Shown here: positions 1 through 12,472 of the stretch, in pieces
Numbering within the stretch: the stretch's first letter is position 1
Layout of the letters: each line of letters opens with the position of its first letter
Source of the DNA: an uncultured Gammaproteobacteria bacterium
Lineage (GTDB): Bacteria; Pseudomonadota; Gammaproteobacteria; JACCXJ01
Direction: 5' to 3'
Assembly: GCA_963764725.1 (NCBI GenBank)
Contig: CAVXTM010000007.1
Span: forward strand, 29,230 to 93,229
Length of the DNA: 64,000 bases
Translations under genes and position numbers: made by a program
The notes under the pieces: model-generated
What the model was told of the DNA's origin: nothing
The model's database searches: none
Seen by the model: only the letters and a program-made list of their open reading frames with translations

Positions 1-951
1 CTCCACTTTCAGGGACAATGCCCCACTCGGGTCGATGCCAAAGGCGCGGCCGATCAGGCGCGCCCCGCCGCAGGATAATTGTACTTTTTGCCCATAAACG
101 ACGTCATACCGTCGAGATTCATCGTAAAACGGAGCAAATCCGAAGCGTTCGAAGATCGTGAACGCCGTATGAAGTTCGTGCAGCAGGGCCGTGGCAAGGG
201 CATTTCGTGAAACGGCGCGCCCCAGCGCTGTCTGTATATCTGTATAAGGTTGTTCTATTTCGCGTAGTCTCCGTTGAGGAAACGCCACGTTGATACCGAT
301 CCCGGCCACGGCCGTGTGCTTCTTATGCGGCCCGACCCTGGTTTCAACGAGAATGCCGCCCAGCTTGCGGTTTTTCCACCAGATGTCATTCGGCCATTTT
401 ATCCCGACATCATCGATTCCCAGGTTTCTCAGAACGCGCACTGCGACGGTGGCCGTCGTCAACCCAAGCGACAACAGGAGCTCGGGAGCGACCCGGAGAT
501 CCCAGGCGACGGACATACATAACCCGCTTCCAAGGGGAGCGGTCCACGCTTTCCCGCGCCGCCCTCGACCGGCGCGCTGGAACTCGGCCAGGCACACATG
601 CCGGTGAGCATCTTCTCGGCCCGCTCTTTCTATAAGCGCCTGGTTAGTGGAATCGATCGAGAACGCTAGATCGATGCGATGAGGGGCAGAACCAGATCGT
701 TCTAGGGGTCTCACTATCCGATCCGCCTCGAGAAGCTCGATGGGGTGCTTTAATCTCAACCCGTCATCGCCCACAACCTCAAGTTCCACACCGTAAGAAC
801 CAAGCAAGGGGGCGAGTGTTCCTAATGGAGGTGTTTCACCGCCGAACGCTGAAGCCACACTGGCGGTGGAATAGATATTTCCGTCCGCGAGAAGCTTTAA
901 AAGCTGCTCATCCCGCGCCGGTTTAGGTAATAACGCCGATTCGGATGGCAC
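1..951 (-). CDS. birA: biotin--[acetyl-CoA-carboxylase] ligase / bio repressor BirA; the 3' end runs off the window
   Basis: Own minus-strand translation (absent from the ORF track because there is no in-window stop). It reads EQLLKLLADG, HVCLAEFQRAGRGRRGKAWTAPLGSGLCMSVAW, GIKWPNDIWWKNRKLGGILVE and GIGINV. GTG at 951 is the first start after the in-frame TAA at 988-990. Confidence 0.85.
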   Translation of the reverse strand, partial: MPSESALLPKPARDEQLLKLLADGNIYSTASVASAFGGETPPLGTLAPLLGSYGVELEVVGDDGLRLKHPIELLEADRIVRPLERSGSAPHRIDLAFSIDSTNQALIERAGREDAHRHVCLAEFQRAGRGRRGKAWTAPLGSGLCMSVAWDLRVAPELLLSLGLTTATVAVRVLRNLGIDDVGIKWPNDIWWKNRKLGGILVETRVGPHKKHTAVAGIGINVAFPQRRLREIEQPYTDIQTALGRAVSRNALATALLHELHTAFTIFERFGFAPFYDESRRYDVVYGQKVQLSCGGARLIGRAFGIDPSGALSLKVE

Positions 952-987
952 GGCAATGCTCTTAGATCGTCCCAGTCTAGGCGAATA

Positions 988-1821
988 TTATTCGCTATGA
1001 CGCGCCACCGGACGGGAGGGATCTGAGCACCATTCGCTCCAGGAGCCCGCATAAAGCCGGCTCATCTCCAGCCCGGCGTGCTTGATCGCCAGGAGATTAT
1101 GGCAGGCCGTCACACCGGAACCGCAATATACGGAGACCCGCTGTGGAGGCGTCTCTTTGAACAGCGTTGTGAATTGTAGGTGCAAGTCGTCCGCGGAGAG
1201 AAATAGACCTTCGGCATCGAGGTTGTCTTTCCACCAGCGATTTATCGCTCCGGGGATGTGGCCCGCCACGCGATCTATGGGCTCATGGTCTCCGCGATAG
1301 CGGGCGGGATCACGCGAATCCAGCAACAAGGATGCGCCGGCGAGCTCGTCGATCGTATGCAAGAGATGACGCTGAGGTGCGCCGTGAAAACCGCCCGCGG
1401 TGTTGGATTGTTCACCGGCGGTGACCGGAAAGTCCAGGGCGATCCATTGCTGCCACCCCCCGTCGAGGACGGCAACCTTGTCGTGTCCCATATAGCGGAG
1501 TAACCACCACAACCGCGCTGCGATGGAACCACCGGCGTCGTCGTAGGCCACGACCTGCGTGCTGTCTTCGATACCCAGGTGCCCAAATAGCGTTTCCAGC
1601 GCTTGCGGGCTTGGCAAAGGATGCCGCCCGTGGTCCATCAAAGGAGGACCGCTCAAGTCGTGTTCGAGATCGGCGTACACCGCGCCCCAAATATGACTCC
1701 CACGATAGGCTATCCGCCCCGCCAGCTCGTTCGTCAGATCAAACCGGCAATCAACGATAACCCACCTGGCCGCATCGAGATGCTCCTTTAAGCGGTCACG
1801 ATTAATGATCGTCTCGAACAT
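988..1821 (-). CDS. sseA: thiosulfate/3-mercaptopyruvate sulfurtransferase (tandem rhodanese)
   Basis: Two rhodanese-like halves, with active-site context VYCGSGVTACH. The likely start is MFETIINRD (ATG at 1821); the upstream 54 codons of the ORF look like a spurious extension. Confidence 0.8.
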   Translation of the reverse strand: MFETIINRDRLKEHLDAARWVIVDCRFDLTNELAGRIAYRGSHIWGAVYADLEHDLSGPPLMDHGRHPLPSPQALETLFGHLGIEDSTQVVAYDDAGGSIAARLWWLLRYMGHDKVAVLDGGWQQWIALDFPVTAGEQSNTAGGFHGAPQRHLLHTIDELAGASLLLDSRDPARYRGDHEPIDRVAGHIPGAINRWWKDNLDAEGLFLSADDLHLQFTTLFKETPPQRVSVYCGSGVTACHNLLAIKHAGLEMSRLYAGSWSEWCSDPSRPVARHSE

Positions 1822-2044
1822 AAGGCAAATCCTGCATCGACCCTCTGGCATCGGGATCCCACAAAAAGACCGTCGCGCGCAAGATGGAATCCCGCACACG
1901 CTTGAGCAGGAGAACAACCGAGATTCTATACGAAAATAGGTCGGATACGCATAGAGATCCCCCGCAAAACTTCTCGCGAGCAATCGCGCGGCCTGGTTAG
2001 CGGCCGCCCTCTTGTTGATTCAATCGTGAGAGCTTATGAATAAC

Positions 2045-3214
2045 CTAGGATTTACGGTCAAGCGGGGATGGATCGCTGAGCTGGCCCGCCACGCTATGGC
2101 CTGCAAGGTGCCGGAAGAAAGCGGAACGCTCGCTCGGAGTTAGCTCCGCGATAGCCGTGACTCGTTGGTAGAACTTTCGGAAGTCCTGCTTCACATTGTC
2201 AAAAAGCCGTTTGAATGCCCGGGTGTGCTCCCGATAGGTAACGATCGAGGAGAGCTTGGCATTGTTTAGGTCCCGCGCCATCCACGCATCGTAGCCCGAA
2301 TACCCCCCCCATTGGTCGCGTACCGCTTGGTACCGCTCGCGAAAATCTGTAAAAATGCCTTGTTTCGCGGCGCGCATCTCCGCTGAAATCAATCGCGATG
2401 CGTAGAGGTTTTGCAAGCGCCTCGCCGTATCGAGCACCAGCGCGACGAAAGCATCTTCGTGGCGCTTCGCTAAATCAAAATCTTTGAGTTTTTCATGCTG
2501 TTTGGTTTGCATCAGCCATTGCCGGACGCCTTGCGTGGCCACCGTCGTCGCAAAGGCTTCGTTGAAGGCGCTATCGCCGGGAACATAAACCGTTTGATGC
2601 GCCATTTCATGCAAGATAACCTCGCCGATCCGCGTGTCGCTCCAGCTTAGCATGGTGCTATAGACCGGATCTCGAAACCAGCCGAGCGTAGAGTAAGCCG
2701 TGACCCCGCCCACAAAAACGTCGTTGCCGGCCTTCGATAATCCCGCCGCCGCGCTATGAGCTCGGTTCTCGGAGAAGTAGCCGTGATAGCTCAAACAGCC
2801 TGCGAACGGGAAACACCAGTTCAAGGGGCTGAGTGAAAACTCCGGAGTTGCGAATACGTTCCATGCAACCGCCCTCCGATCGAGATCCACGAAGGTAAGA
2901 TAGCTGCCATTGTCAGTGAGGCCGAGCTTGTCGATCGCAAAGCTGCGCAGATCCAGAATCAGCTGCAGTTTATGTCTGATTGGCGCGGAGGTTTGCGGTT
3001 CGGCGATAACGGAACTGATCGGTTTCCTTTTTAATAGCAGAGCAGCTTGCCCCGTCACCGACTGGACGTAATAGCTCAAGTTCGCCCACGGGCAGTACAA
3101 AAGGAGCGATAAAACCAAAGGCGTGATCCAGTACATGGCCCCTGCACGCACGTCAGCACATTCTGCTACCAACCGTTGTATCATCGCATTCCTTCTCGTA
3201 AAACTTCGCTGCAA
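2045..3214 (-). CDS. predicted zinc aminopeptidase (HExxH; 'predicted aminopeptidase' family)
   Basis: 389-aa ORF with an N-terminal hydrophobic segment and the HEMAHQ zinc motif. Resembles the COG-type 'predicted aminopeptidase' family. Start uncertain. Confidence 0.65.
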   Translation of the reverse strand: MQRSFTRRNAMIQRLVAECADVRAGAMYWITPLVLSLLLYCPWANLSYYVQSVTGQAALLLKRKPISSVIAEPQTSAPIRHKLQLILDLRSFAIDKLGLTDNGSYLTFVDLDRRAVAWNVFATPEFSLSPLNWCFPFAGCLSYHGYFSENRAHSAAAGLSKAGNDVFVGGVTAYSTLGWFRDPVYSTMLSWSDTRIGEVILHEMAHQTVYVPGDSAFNEAFATTVATQGVRQWLMQTKQHEKLKDFDLAKRHEDAFVALVLDTARRLQNLYASRLISAEMRAAKQGIFTDFRERYQAVRDQWGGYSGYDAWMARDLNNAKLSSIVTYREHTRAFKRLFDNVKQDFRKFYQRVTAIAELTPSERSAFFRHLAGHSVAGQLSDPSPLDRKS

Positions 3215-3558
3215 TCGCAGGGAAACATACCCGTTCTATGGCGATTCCCGCGAGCCCGGAGCCCGGCGTAACAAATTAGCCGAAGATTCAGTATGCCAAG
3301 ACCATGCCGAAATAAAAAGTTCGGCAGTGGAATTTTTTAGATCAGGGTAGCGATAGTAGAGTGCGGGACACGCGTTTGGATTATGATCCCGTAAGACTGC
3401 TGGCGTAAAGTCATAGGTCGTAAGCTTCGAGGCAGACGACGCACGGCCTGTTGGGTGCAGGACGGTTATAATAAAGTCAGCAAGGAATGCGGCATCGCTT
3501 ACCGGTATAAGCTATGTTATCCGAGTTACACGCAATAATTTTTTAGTCAGGGATCGTT

Positions 3559-5391
<1,833 letters not shown>

Positions 5392-5401
5392 GAGCGGTAG
5401 G

Positions 5402-6778
5402 GTGGCCGAGCCGACGAAGTCTATGCAATATCGCGTTCTTCTCGTAGACGACGATCGGGACATGATCTCGCTGCTGTCCTCGTGGCTGAAGGATGCGGGT
5501 TTCGAGGTCGATCCCGTGCTGTCCGGAAGCGAGGCGATGGCTCGCATCGACGTTATTCGTCCTCACCTGGTGATCACCGATCTCGTGATGCAGGGTATGG
5601 ATGGCATGACCTTGCTGTCCAAGATCCACCGCCAGGACCCGCTGATGCCGGTGATCATGCTGAGCGGCAAGGCGCAAATCGCCGATGCCGTTAAAGCCAT
5701 GCACCTCGGGATCGCGGAGTTTCTAATCAAACCTATCGCCAAGGAAGAGCTCGTGGCCCGCGTACGGTATACGCTAAGGCTCGCGGCTGGCGAATCGGAC
5801 TCCGGATCGAATTTCGGCAAGGAAATAATATATCGCAGCGAGAAGATCAGCCAGCTCCTGGAACAAGCGAAGCTCCTCGCCGCGACCGACGTCACGATCT
5901 TGATCACCGGCGCCACGGGCACCGGCAAGGAAGCGCTGGCCAAGGCCATTCACGAGGGCGGTGCGCGCAAGGATCAGCCCTTTGTCGCGATCAACTGTGC
6001 CGCTATTCCCGAACAACTTCTCGAGTCGGAGTTATTTGGACACGAGAAGGGTGCGTTTACGGGCGCGCAAACGAAACATGAGGGGCTCTTCCAAGCGGCA
6101 AACAAAGGCACGATGTTTCTGGACGAAGTCGGCGACATGCCTTTGGGCTTACAAGTGAAGCTGTTGCGCGTGTTACAGGATTTTGCGGTGCGCCCCGTGG
6201 GATCGGTCCGCGGGATCCCCGTCAACGTTCGCGTGATCTCCGCGACCAACACGGATCTGGAACAAGGGGTCAAGTCCAGCCGGTTTCGGGAGGACCTGTA
6301 TTACCGGCTGAACGTGGTGCCGCTACACCTACCCCCCTTAGCAGAACGCCGCGAAGACATTCAGCCGCTCTTAAATCACTTCTTGAAACGTTTAAGCCAG
6401 CGCGACAATAAGAAACGGAAGCGCTTTGCACCGGAGGCGGTTGAATATTTAGCCTCGGCTCCGTGGCCCGGAAACATTCGGCAACTCATAAATGTCGTTG
6501 AATTATGCTGCGCCCTCACGAATACCGATATTATCCCGCTGGCCATGGCGCAAAGGGCGCTGCGGGACCAGCCCGCTCATGTTCAGACGTTAAAGGACGC
6601 CAAAGAGGATTTCGAGCGCAGTTATCTCGTGAGCGTCTTGCGGGTCACGAACGGCCACGTTTCTCACGCGGCGCGGCTCGCCGGACGCAATCGAACGGAA
6701 TTCTACAAGCTGCTTAAACAACATCATATCGAACCGGAAGAGTTTAGAACTTCGCGGCAAGCCTCAGAGGAAGATTAG
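5402..6778 (+). CDS. sigma-54-dependent response regulator (NtrC family: REC + AAA+ + Fis-type HTH)
   Basis: REC domain (LLVDDD...ITDLVMQGMDG), Walker A GATGTGKE, the GAFTGA motif and a C-terminal HTH. ATG at 5423 (MQYRVLLVDD) is an alternative start. Confidence 0.9.
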   Translation: MAEPTKSMQYRVLLVDDDRDMISLLSSWLKDAGFEVDPVLSGSEAMARIDVIRPHLVITDLVMQGMDGMTLLSKIHRQDPLMPVIMLSGKAQIADAVKAMHLGIAEFLIKPIAKEELVARVRYTLRLAAGESDSGSNFGKEIIYRSEKISQLLEQAKLLAATDVTILITGATGTGKEALAKAIHEGGARKDQPFVAINCAAIPEQLLESELFGHEKGAFTGAQTKHEGLFQAANKGTMFLDEVGDMPLGLQVKLLRVLQDFAVRPVGSVRGIPVNVRVISATNTDLEQGVKSSRFREDLYYRLNVVPLHLPPLAERREDIQPLLNHFLKRLSQRDNKKRKRFAPEAVEYLASAPWPGNIRQLINVVELCCALTNTDIIPLAMAQRALRDQPAHVQTLKDAKEDFERSYLVSVLRVTNGHVSHAARLAGRNRTEFYKLLKQHHIEPEEFRTSRQASEED

Positions 6779-6806
6779 GGTTCAGATCTTGCGATAAATA
6801 ATACCC

Positions 6807-7106
6807 ATGGCAATCAGAATTGTTCGCGTAGACCCGGAGCTGAAAGATCTTATTCCGGGCTTTTTGAATAATAGGCGGCAGGATGCATTGACGATTCGCG
6901 CAGCCTTAGCGCAAGAGGATATGGAAACGGTGCAGATCTTGGGTCATAGCATTAGAGGTTGCGCGGGCGGGTATGGTTTCAATGCCCTGAGTGAGCTTGG
7001 CGGGATTTTAGAACGAGGCGCGCAGAACCGGGACAGCGAAGCAATAACGAACGCCGTGGACGAGTTGCAGGCCTACCTGGAACAGATCGAGATTATCTAC
7101 GACTAA
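6807..7106 (+). CDS. histidine phosphotransfer (Hpt) domain protein
   Basis: 99 aa with HSIRGCAGGYGF, resembling the Hpt H-x-x-K/R-G motif. Lies between the response regulator and the hybrid kinase. Confidence 0.65.
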   Translation: MAIRIVRVDPELKDLIPGFLNNRRQDALTIRAALAQEDMETVQILGHSIRGCAGGYGFNALSELGGILERGAQNRDSEAITNAVDELQAYLEQIEIIYD

Positions 7107-7115
7107 TCCCGTAGA

Positions 7116-9779
7116 GTGGGGCGTTACCGCGTGAAAGAGGTACGGCACCCGTCGCGGCCGTTGATATATACCGTAAGCGCGATCTTCGGCGCGGCGTTTT
7201 CTTTACTGCTGGTGATGTTAGCGTGGCAGAATGCGCTCGAGGCCGAAAGAAAGGAATTTGCCTTTGACTCGATACTGCTAAGGGATACAGTCAAACTGAG
7301 CGCTTCGGTCGCTCATAACTCTCTTGACAATCTCGCCGCGCTTGTGGAGGGGCTGGACGCCTCTGTGATAGCCACATTACCCGCCTTTCTTAAGTCGCTG
7401 CTCGCGCGTCATCCATTCATCGAATCAATTTCTTTTCATAGGAGCGGCGTTCCACTAAATCACCTCTCGAAAGATATGGCGTTGAGACCGGATGCGGTCG
7501 GGGATCCTTCGCCCGCGGGCCCCGCTATCTTGTGGGGTAGCGGCGGCGACTTATACATTGGTCGAAGCCCCGTGAAGGAAGCGCTCTACAACGATCAGAT
7601 TCTCTCTGACCCGCGTTTTGCGGATGCCCTGCGCGCGGCGGTCGACACCGGTATGGTGGTCCCCGGCCCTCCGGCTTCGGCCACTGAGGGTATTCGTCCC
7701 TATACGCTCATCAAAGCGATCGGCACCGGTCCGGCGCAGGACGCCGGCGTGAACCAACGATCGAATTCGGTGCCCACCGCATTTGTGGCTATCCTCTTGA
7801 ATCCCGGCCATTTATTCAGCGAGTCCTTATTACGGGGCGATGTTTCGGTAAGATTGTATACGGAATCTCAGGGGGTCACGGGACGGCAACTCGTATTCCT
7901 GCAGCGCGCCGCCGTGGCGCCGGAAAACGCGAATTTTTCCATCAGCGCGTTCAAGCAAGAAACGCTTGCGCAGTTTCCCTATTATTCGATGAAGCTGGTC
8001 GTGGAAAGGCAGGTGCTTTGGAGGGAGATCGACAAGGGATTGATCGCTACCGCCATCGTCCTGGGAATCGGTGTGACGACATTAATCGTAGCCCTCGCCC
8101 GGGCGAGGGAAATACAGGCGTGGGAATTAAGCCGGCGGAATCAGGAAATCGAGCAGCAGGTCAGCTTGCAAACCAAAGAGCTTGCCGTTACCCGTGATGC
8201 GGCCATCAAGGCATCCACGGTGAAAACCGAGTTTCTGGCAAGCATGAGCCATGAGATCCGGACGCCGCTGAACGCGATTGTAGGCATGGGCGAGTTGCTC
8301 CGCGAAACGCCGCTGACGCGCGTGCAAAAACGCTACGTCGGTGTCTTCAAAAAGGCCGGAGAAGCACTGCTGGCGCTGGTAAATGACATACTGGACCTCT
8401 CGAAGATCGAAGCCGAGCAGTTGGTTCTCGAGAAAATCCCATTCAATTTACGAACTTTAATCGAAGAAACAGCCGATATTCACGCGTTGAGAGCCGACGA
8501 GAAGAATGTCGAGTTGCTCTGTCACATCGGCACGGATGTCCCGACCCATGTAAGGGGCGACGCGGCGCGGCTTCGCCAGATCCTGTTAAACCTTGTCGGG
8601 AATGCGATCAAATTCACCCATAAGGGCGAGGTAGTAGTCAAGGTCTCGTCCAATCCCGACATAAGCGATCCCTGTCGGCTTTTGTTCTCGATAGAGGATA
8701 CCGGGATCGGTATTCCCGCGGATAAAATCGCCACCATCTTCGATAGCTTTTCCCAAGCTGATTCATCCACGACCCGACATTACGGAGGAACGGGGCTCGG
8801 CCTCACGATTTCCAAGCGCTTGGTGGAGCTAATGGGTGGGTGGATACGTGCGGAGAGTGTCGAAGGGAAAGGTAGCGTTTTATCATTCGCGATCAGTCTG
8901 GGATCCGCCCCGGAACCTCAGGCTCGAATAGCTACGGATGTATCCTTTAATCTTAAGGACGTTCGGGTGCTCATCATCGATGATAATTCGACTAATCGAC
9001 TGATCTTGCGCGAAGTACTGAGCGCTCAAGGCGCATTGGTGAGCGAGGCCCGCGGTGGCGCGGAGGGCATCCAGGTATTCCGGGAGGCGAGGCGCATGGG
9101 ACAAGATTACGCTGTCGTCATTACCGATTGTCACATGCCGGAGGTCGATGGTTTTGCGGTGGTTGAGGCGTTGCGTACCGCGGGTGGATCGTGCAAAACG
9201 ATACTAATGGTATCCTCGTCGCAACTTTCCAGTGATATGAGCACAGCCCGTGCGCTCGGGATCGGCGCCTACTTGATCAAGCCGGTAAAGTCCGTGGAGC
9301 TGATCAAAGCGATCAACGTCGCCATGCTAAAAACCTTAGACGAAACGCAAGACCACATCGTCACGACGCCGCTACCCGAACGGCGCGCGGAAAATTTACC
9401 TATCTTATTGGTCGAAGACACGCCCGATAACCGGCTGCTGATCAAAGCTTATCTGCGGAAAACGCCTTACACAATCGAGGAGGCCGAAAATGGGAGCGTG
9501 GCGCTGCAGAAGTTCAAGACCCACGCCTATGGTCTGGTATTGATGGATATCCAGATGCCGGTGATGGACGGCCACCAGGCAACGCGCGCCATGCGCGAAT
9601 GGGAAACGGAACAGGGCCGCGATCCGACCCCGATTATCGCCCTGACGGCTCATGCCGTAAAGCAGGAAATGGATAAGAGTGTCGCCGCAGGATGCACGGA
9701 GCATTTAATCAAACCGATTAAGAAGGAAACGTTGTTGCAAATTGTCCAGAAATATTTGCCGGTGTCACCAGCGAGCTAG
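7116..9779 (+). CDS. hybrid sensor histidine kinase with two C-terminal receiver domains
   Basis: Two TM segments flank a sensor domain of about 270 aa. H-box SHEIRTPLNAIVGM, N/G boxes (NLVGNAIKFT, DTGIGI, GGTGLGL), then two REC domains (ITDCHMPEVDG and LMDIQMPVMDG). Confidence 0.9.
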   Translation: MGRYRVKEVRHPSRPLIYTVSAIFGAAFSLLLVMLAWQNALEAERKEFAFDSILLRDTVKLSASVAHNSLDNLAALVEGLDASVIATLPAFLKSLLARHPFIESISFHRSGVPLNHLSKDMALRPDAVGDPSPAGPAILWGSGGDLYIGRSPVKEALYNDQILSDPRFADALRAAVDTGMVVPGPPASATEGIRPYTLIKAIGTGPAQDAGVNQRSNSVPTAFVAILLNPGHLFSESLLRGDVSVRLYTESQGVTGRQLVFLQRAAVAPENANFSISAFKQETLAQFPYYSMKLVVERQVLWREIDKGLIATAIVLGIGVTTLIVALARAREIQAWELSRRNQEIEQQVSLQTKELAVTRDAAIKASTVKTEFLASMSHEIRTPLNAIVGMGELLRETPLTRVQKRYVGVFKKAGEALLALVNDILDLSKIEAEQLVLEKIPFNLRTLIEETADIHALRADEKNVELLCHIGTDVPTHVRGDAARLRQILLNLVGNAIKFTHKGEVVVKVSSNPDISDPCRLLFSIEDTGIGIPADKIATIFDSFSQADSSTTRHYGGTGLGLTISKRLVELMGGWIRAESVEGKGSVLSFAISLGSAPEPQARIATDVSFNLKDVRVLIIDDNSTNRLILREVLSAQGALVSEARGGAEGIQVFREARRMGQDYAVVITDCHMPEVDGFAVVEALRTAGGSCKTILMVSSSQLSSDMSTARALGIGAYLIKPVKSVELIKAINVAMLKTLDETQDHIVTTPLPERRAENLPILLVEDTPDNRLLIKAYLRKTPYTIEEAENGSVALQKFKTHAYGLVLMDIQMPVMDGHQATRAMREWETEQGRDPTPIIALTAHAVKQEMDKSVAAGCTEHLIKPIKKETLLQIVQKYLPVSPAS

Positions 9780-9794
9780 AACCCGCGGGTATCG

Positions 9795-10418
9795 TTAAGA
9801 AACATTCTGCGCCGCGACCATGAAATAAAGCATAGGGATCGAAAACATAGTATTGAAGCGGCTCGCCAACATCGCCGTGCGCGCTGCCGCTTTTTTCTCC
9901 TCGTCGGACGCCTCGACCATGCCCAGGACCTTTTGCTGGTTAGGCCAGATGATCATCCACACATTGTAGGCCATGATGAGGCCCATCCACATGCCGATCC
10001 CGATGTAGGTGTCCCGGCCACCGGTGCCGATGCCGAGGATAAGGGCGTTCACGATATAACCGTTCATGATCGCTACCAGGAGCCCGGTCACGACCGTCGA
10101 CAACGCGGCCCACCGGAACCAGAACAACGCGGTTGGCGCGATGACCTTGCTGATGGCGGGTTTGTGCTCATCGGGGATCTTGGGCATGGACGGGATCTGC
10201 ACGAAATTGAAGTACCACAGGAGCCCGATCCACATCACGCCGGAGACCACATGCAGCCACCGGAACAAGAAAGCAAACCAGAGCTGCGACGTCTCGACGG
10301 CGCCGACAGCGAGGGCTAAAACCGTGACCAGGACGGCCCCAAAGATAAGCGCTCGTTCGAGTTTATCTAAACCGACTTTGGCCAGCGTATCGAAGATTTT
10401 TACCATAATAGCGTTCAT
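9795..10418 (-). CDS. integral membrane protein (PuuD/CopD-like transmembrane domain; function uncertain)
   Basis: 207 aa with multiple TM helices. The FRWLHVVSGVMWIGLLWYFNF segment resembles urate-hydroxylase-type membrane domains. Confidence 0.45.
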   Translation of the reverse strand: MNAIMVKIFDTLAKVGLDKLERALIFGAVLVTVLALAVGAVETSQLWFAFLFRWLHVVSGVMWIGLLWYFNFVQIPSMPKIPDEHKPAISKVIAPTALFWFRWAALSTVVTGLLVAIMNGYIVNALILGIGTGGRDTYIGIGMWMGLIMAYNVWMIIWPNQQKVLGMVEASDEEKKAAARTAMLASRFNTMFSIPMLYFMVAAQNVS

Positions 10419-10689
10419 GACTCAGACTCCCCTTTTATTCTTCCAAACCCACGGATCCACACTACGTCAAGAAGGAGCGGATATCAATAACGATCTATGC
10501 CCCGAGAAAATCCAGTGTGAGCTTATGAGTAAATCTATCCAAACATATTTGAAATGTCGGGTACACCTCCGAAGTCCCTCTCCTTCCCCGACAGGCACCG
10601 ACTTGTGCAAGCCGCGCATGGTTTACAAAATAGACCGGGGCGCATGGTTTAGCAAATTCTTCTCCCTGTCCGTGCCATTGGCTGGGAGG

Positions 10690-11754
10690 GTCGATTGTTG
10701 CGCTGGTTTCGCTCATTGAGTACATCGCCAGAAGATGAAAGCTATAGCGTACTTCGCCACAGGAACTCGTGCAATCATGGTGCATGCCGATCGGTTCCTC
10801 GGCCAGCAATGTCTGAGACATAGAGCAGATGGCCTTTCCACTTGATTTCGCCATTATGTCGCACGGCCTTCGAGACCGGTCGACCTGCGAGTCGCGGCAT
10901 ACGCCACTGGCGGCAGCTTGCGTGGGATAACTCCTGGGCGAGGCCGTGTACCGTTCGACGAGGTGTTCGCCGTGCCGAGCGCTTCATGGCTACGCTCTGC
11001 GTTGTACTCGCTGACAAACGCGTTAAAGCGTTGCTGCTGGGCTTCGAGCGTCGCTGCAGGAGGCGCCACCGCGGCTTCTTTCAACGTGCCGATGCATGCG
11101 CTCATGTCGGCCATTAACGCGATCCGGCCGGCCAGGTTCCAATGCGCTCAGGGACGGATACCCAGCCGAGATGCGCACCAGGCCGACAGCCGACTCAACC
11201 CACCCACGCGCCAGCGAGGCAAAGGGGGCGCCGTTGTGCGGTCCGTATAGCTTCCGGGGCAATCCGTACTCGCGCGAAACGACCCATTCGAGACCAAGGC
11301 TGGACCTCGGCCCACGTCGGTCGTGCCAGACGCTCGGCACTGCAAGAGGTAACGGCTGAAGTTGTCCGTCATCGTCAGCGGGTAACAAGCGCGACGGCCG
11401 ATCGCCCAGGCACAGAAATCGCCTTTGAAGTCCGCGGCTCGCAAAGGAGCATTGGCGCCGTCGCAGTCGGAGCAAGCGGCTCGCTGTGAGGCGCCACCCG
11501 CCGACGGCGGCGGACGCGGACCCACCAGACGCCGCCCGCTTCAGAATCTCACCCGCCGTGCTGTCGGCGGGCGCAAGCCACCGCGGGATCTGATCACGGC
11601 GCAACCCATCCATCACCTTCTTCGGCCCAAAACGTTGATGCCGCAGTTTGTACTGAGGGAGAAGGGATTTCCAGATTTGTCGAAATCGGGCTGTGTAACA
11701 TTGGCTGAGTGAAAATCTACTGCACATCCAGCAGCATTTGAGTGTCACGGGCAT
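10690..11754 (-). pseudogene. IS481-family (rve integrase core) transposase remnant, 5'-truncated and multiply frameshifted
   Basis: Collinear transposase pieces lie in different minus-strand frames. They read YKLRHQRFGPKKVMDGL; DFKGDFCAWAIGRRACYPLTMTDNFSRYLLQC; GLPRKLYGPHNGAPFAS...NGRHERMH; QQQRFNAFVSEYNAERSHEALG; NGEIKWKGHLLYVSDIAG; LAEEPIGMHHD. Confidence 0.8.
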
Positions 11755-11796
11755 CGCTAGCGCATGATCGAACGCCCCGCGTATACACTATAATCC

Positions 11797-12462
11797 ATGG
11801 ACCCGATGGACCAAGGCATACGCTACCCGCCGAACCGGGTTCGTGACGCCTTGCATCGCGTGCTGTTCGGTCTCGTCGCGGCGCCGGGTCCCAGCTTTCA
11901 GGACTGGGTCTTACGCCATTTCTTCGAGCGTCTCTACCGGCGACCCAACCCCTGGTCTTACGAGGGTTCAGCGTATCAAAACCACAAATGCGGCCAGGCG
12001 CTCGCGCGGATCCCGCAGAACGCTTACGGGCGGGTGTTAGAGGTCGGGTGCGGGGAAGGGGCGTTCTCCGAGCGACTCCTCGCGGAGCGCGACGTGCGTG
12101 AGTTTATCGGCGTGGACATCTCCACGCGCGCGATCGACCGGGCAAAGAGCCGCTGTTCCCGGTACGAAAACGCGCGCTTCCACGCGGACAACATCTTCTC
12201 GGCGCGTCTCCCGGCTAGGTTTGACCTGATCGTCGTCTGCGAGGTCCTCTACTACCTCGGCGGATCGGCGCCGGATCTCGCGGCGTTGCTCATCCCGATG
12301 CTGTCTCCCCGCGGCCGCTTGCTCTTGGTGCATCTTTGGCCCGAGGCCGAACAGTTGCACCGCGCTTTCCTTGCGAGTGGCGATCTGAGCGTGCTCGATG
12401 AGCTCGTCGATCGGCACAGCGTGCGGCCGTTCTGTGCTTCTCTACTGGGGAGGAACCCTTGA
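11797..12462 (+). CDS. class I SAM-dependent methyltransferase (NodS-like)
   Basis: PNPWSYEGSAYQNHK followed by the SAM motif VLEVGCGEGAFS; 221 aa. Confidence 0.75.
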   Translation: MDPMDQGIRYPPNRVRDALHRVLFGLVAAPGPSFQDWVLRHFFERLYRRPNPWSYEGSAYQNHKCGQALARIPQNAYGRVLEVGCGEGAFSERLLAERDVREFIGVDISTRAIDRAKSRCSRYENARFHADNIFSARLPARFDLIVVCEVLYYLGGSAPDLAALLIPMLSPRGRLLLVHLWPEAEQLHRAFLASGDLSVLDELVDRHSVRPFCASLLGRNP

Positions 12463-12472
12463 AATCTATTTC

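Noticed and set aside
3305-3345. Hairpin gccgaa-N8-ttcggc followed by a T-run upstream of glmS, considered as an sRNA or terminator
   Set aside because: The stem is only 6 bp, the T-run is displaced by about 9 nt, and there is no upstream plus-strand gene. I see no support for a GlmY/Z-like RNA, and the glmS ribozyme is not expected in this lineage.
6778-6793. Sigma-54-like spacing (GG-N10-GC: agGGttcagatctTGCg) upstream of the Hpt gene
   Set aside because: The -24 element is a poor match to TGGCAC. The motif would place the transcription start within a few nt of the ATG at 6807. It is not enough to call a promoter.
10066-10719. 217-aa plus-strand ORF
   Set aside because: It is antisense to the membrane-protein gene at 9795-10418 and extends into the IS remnant. 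No recognisable features.
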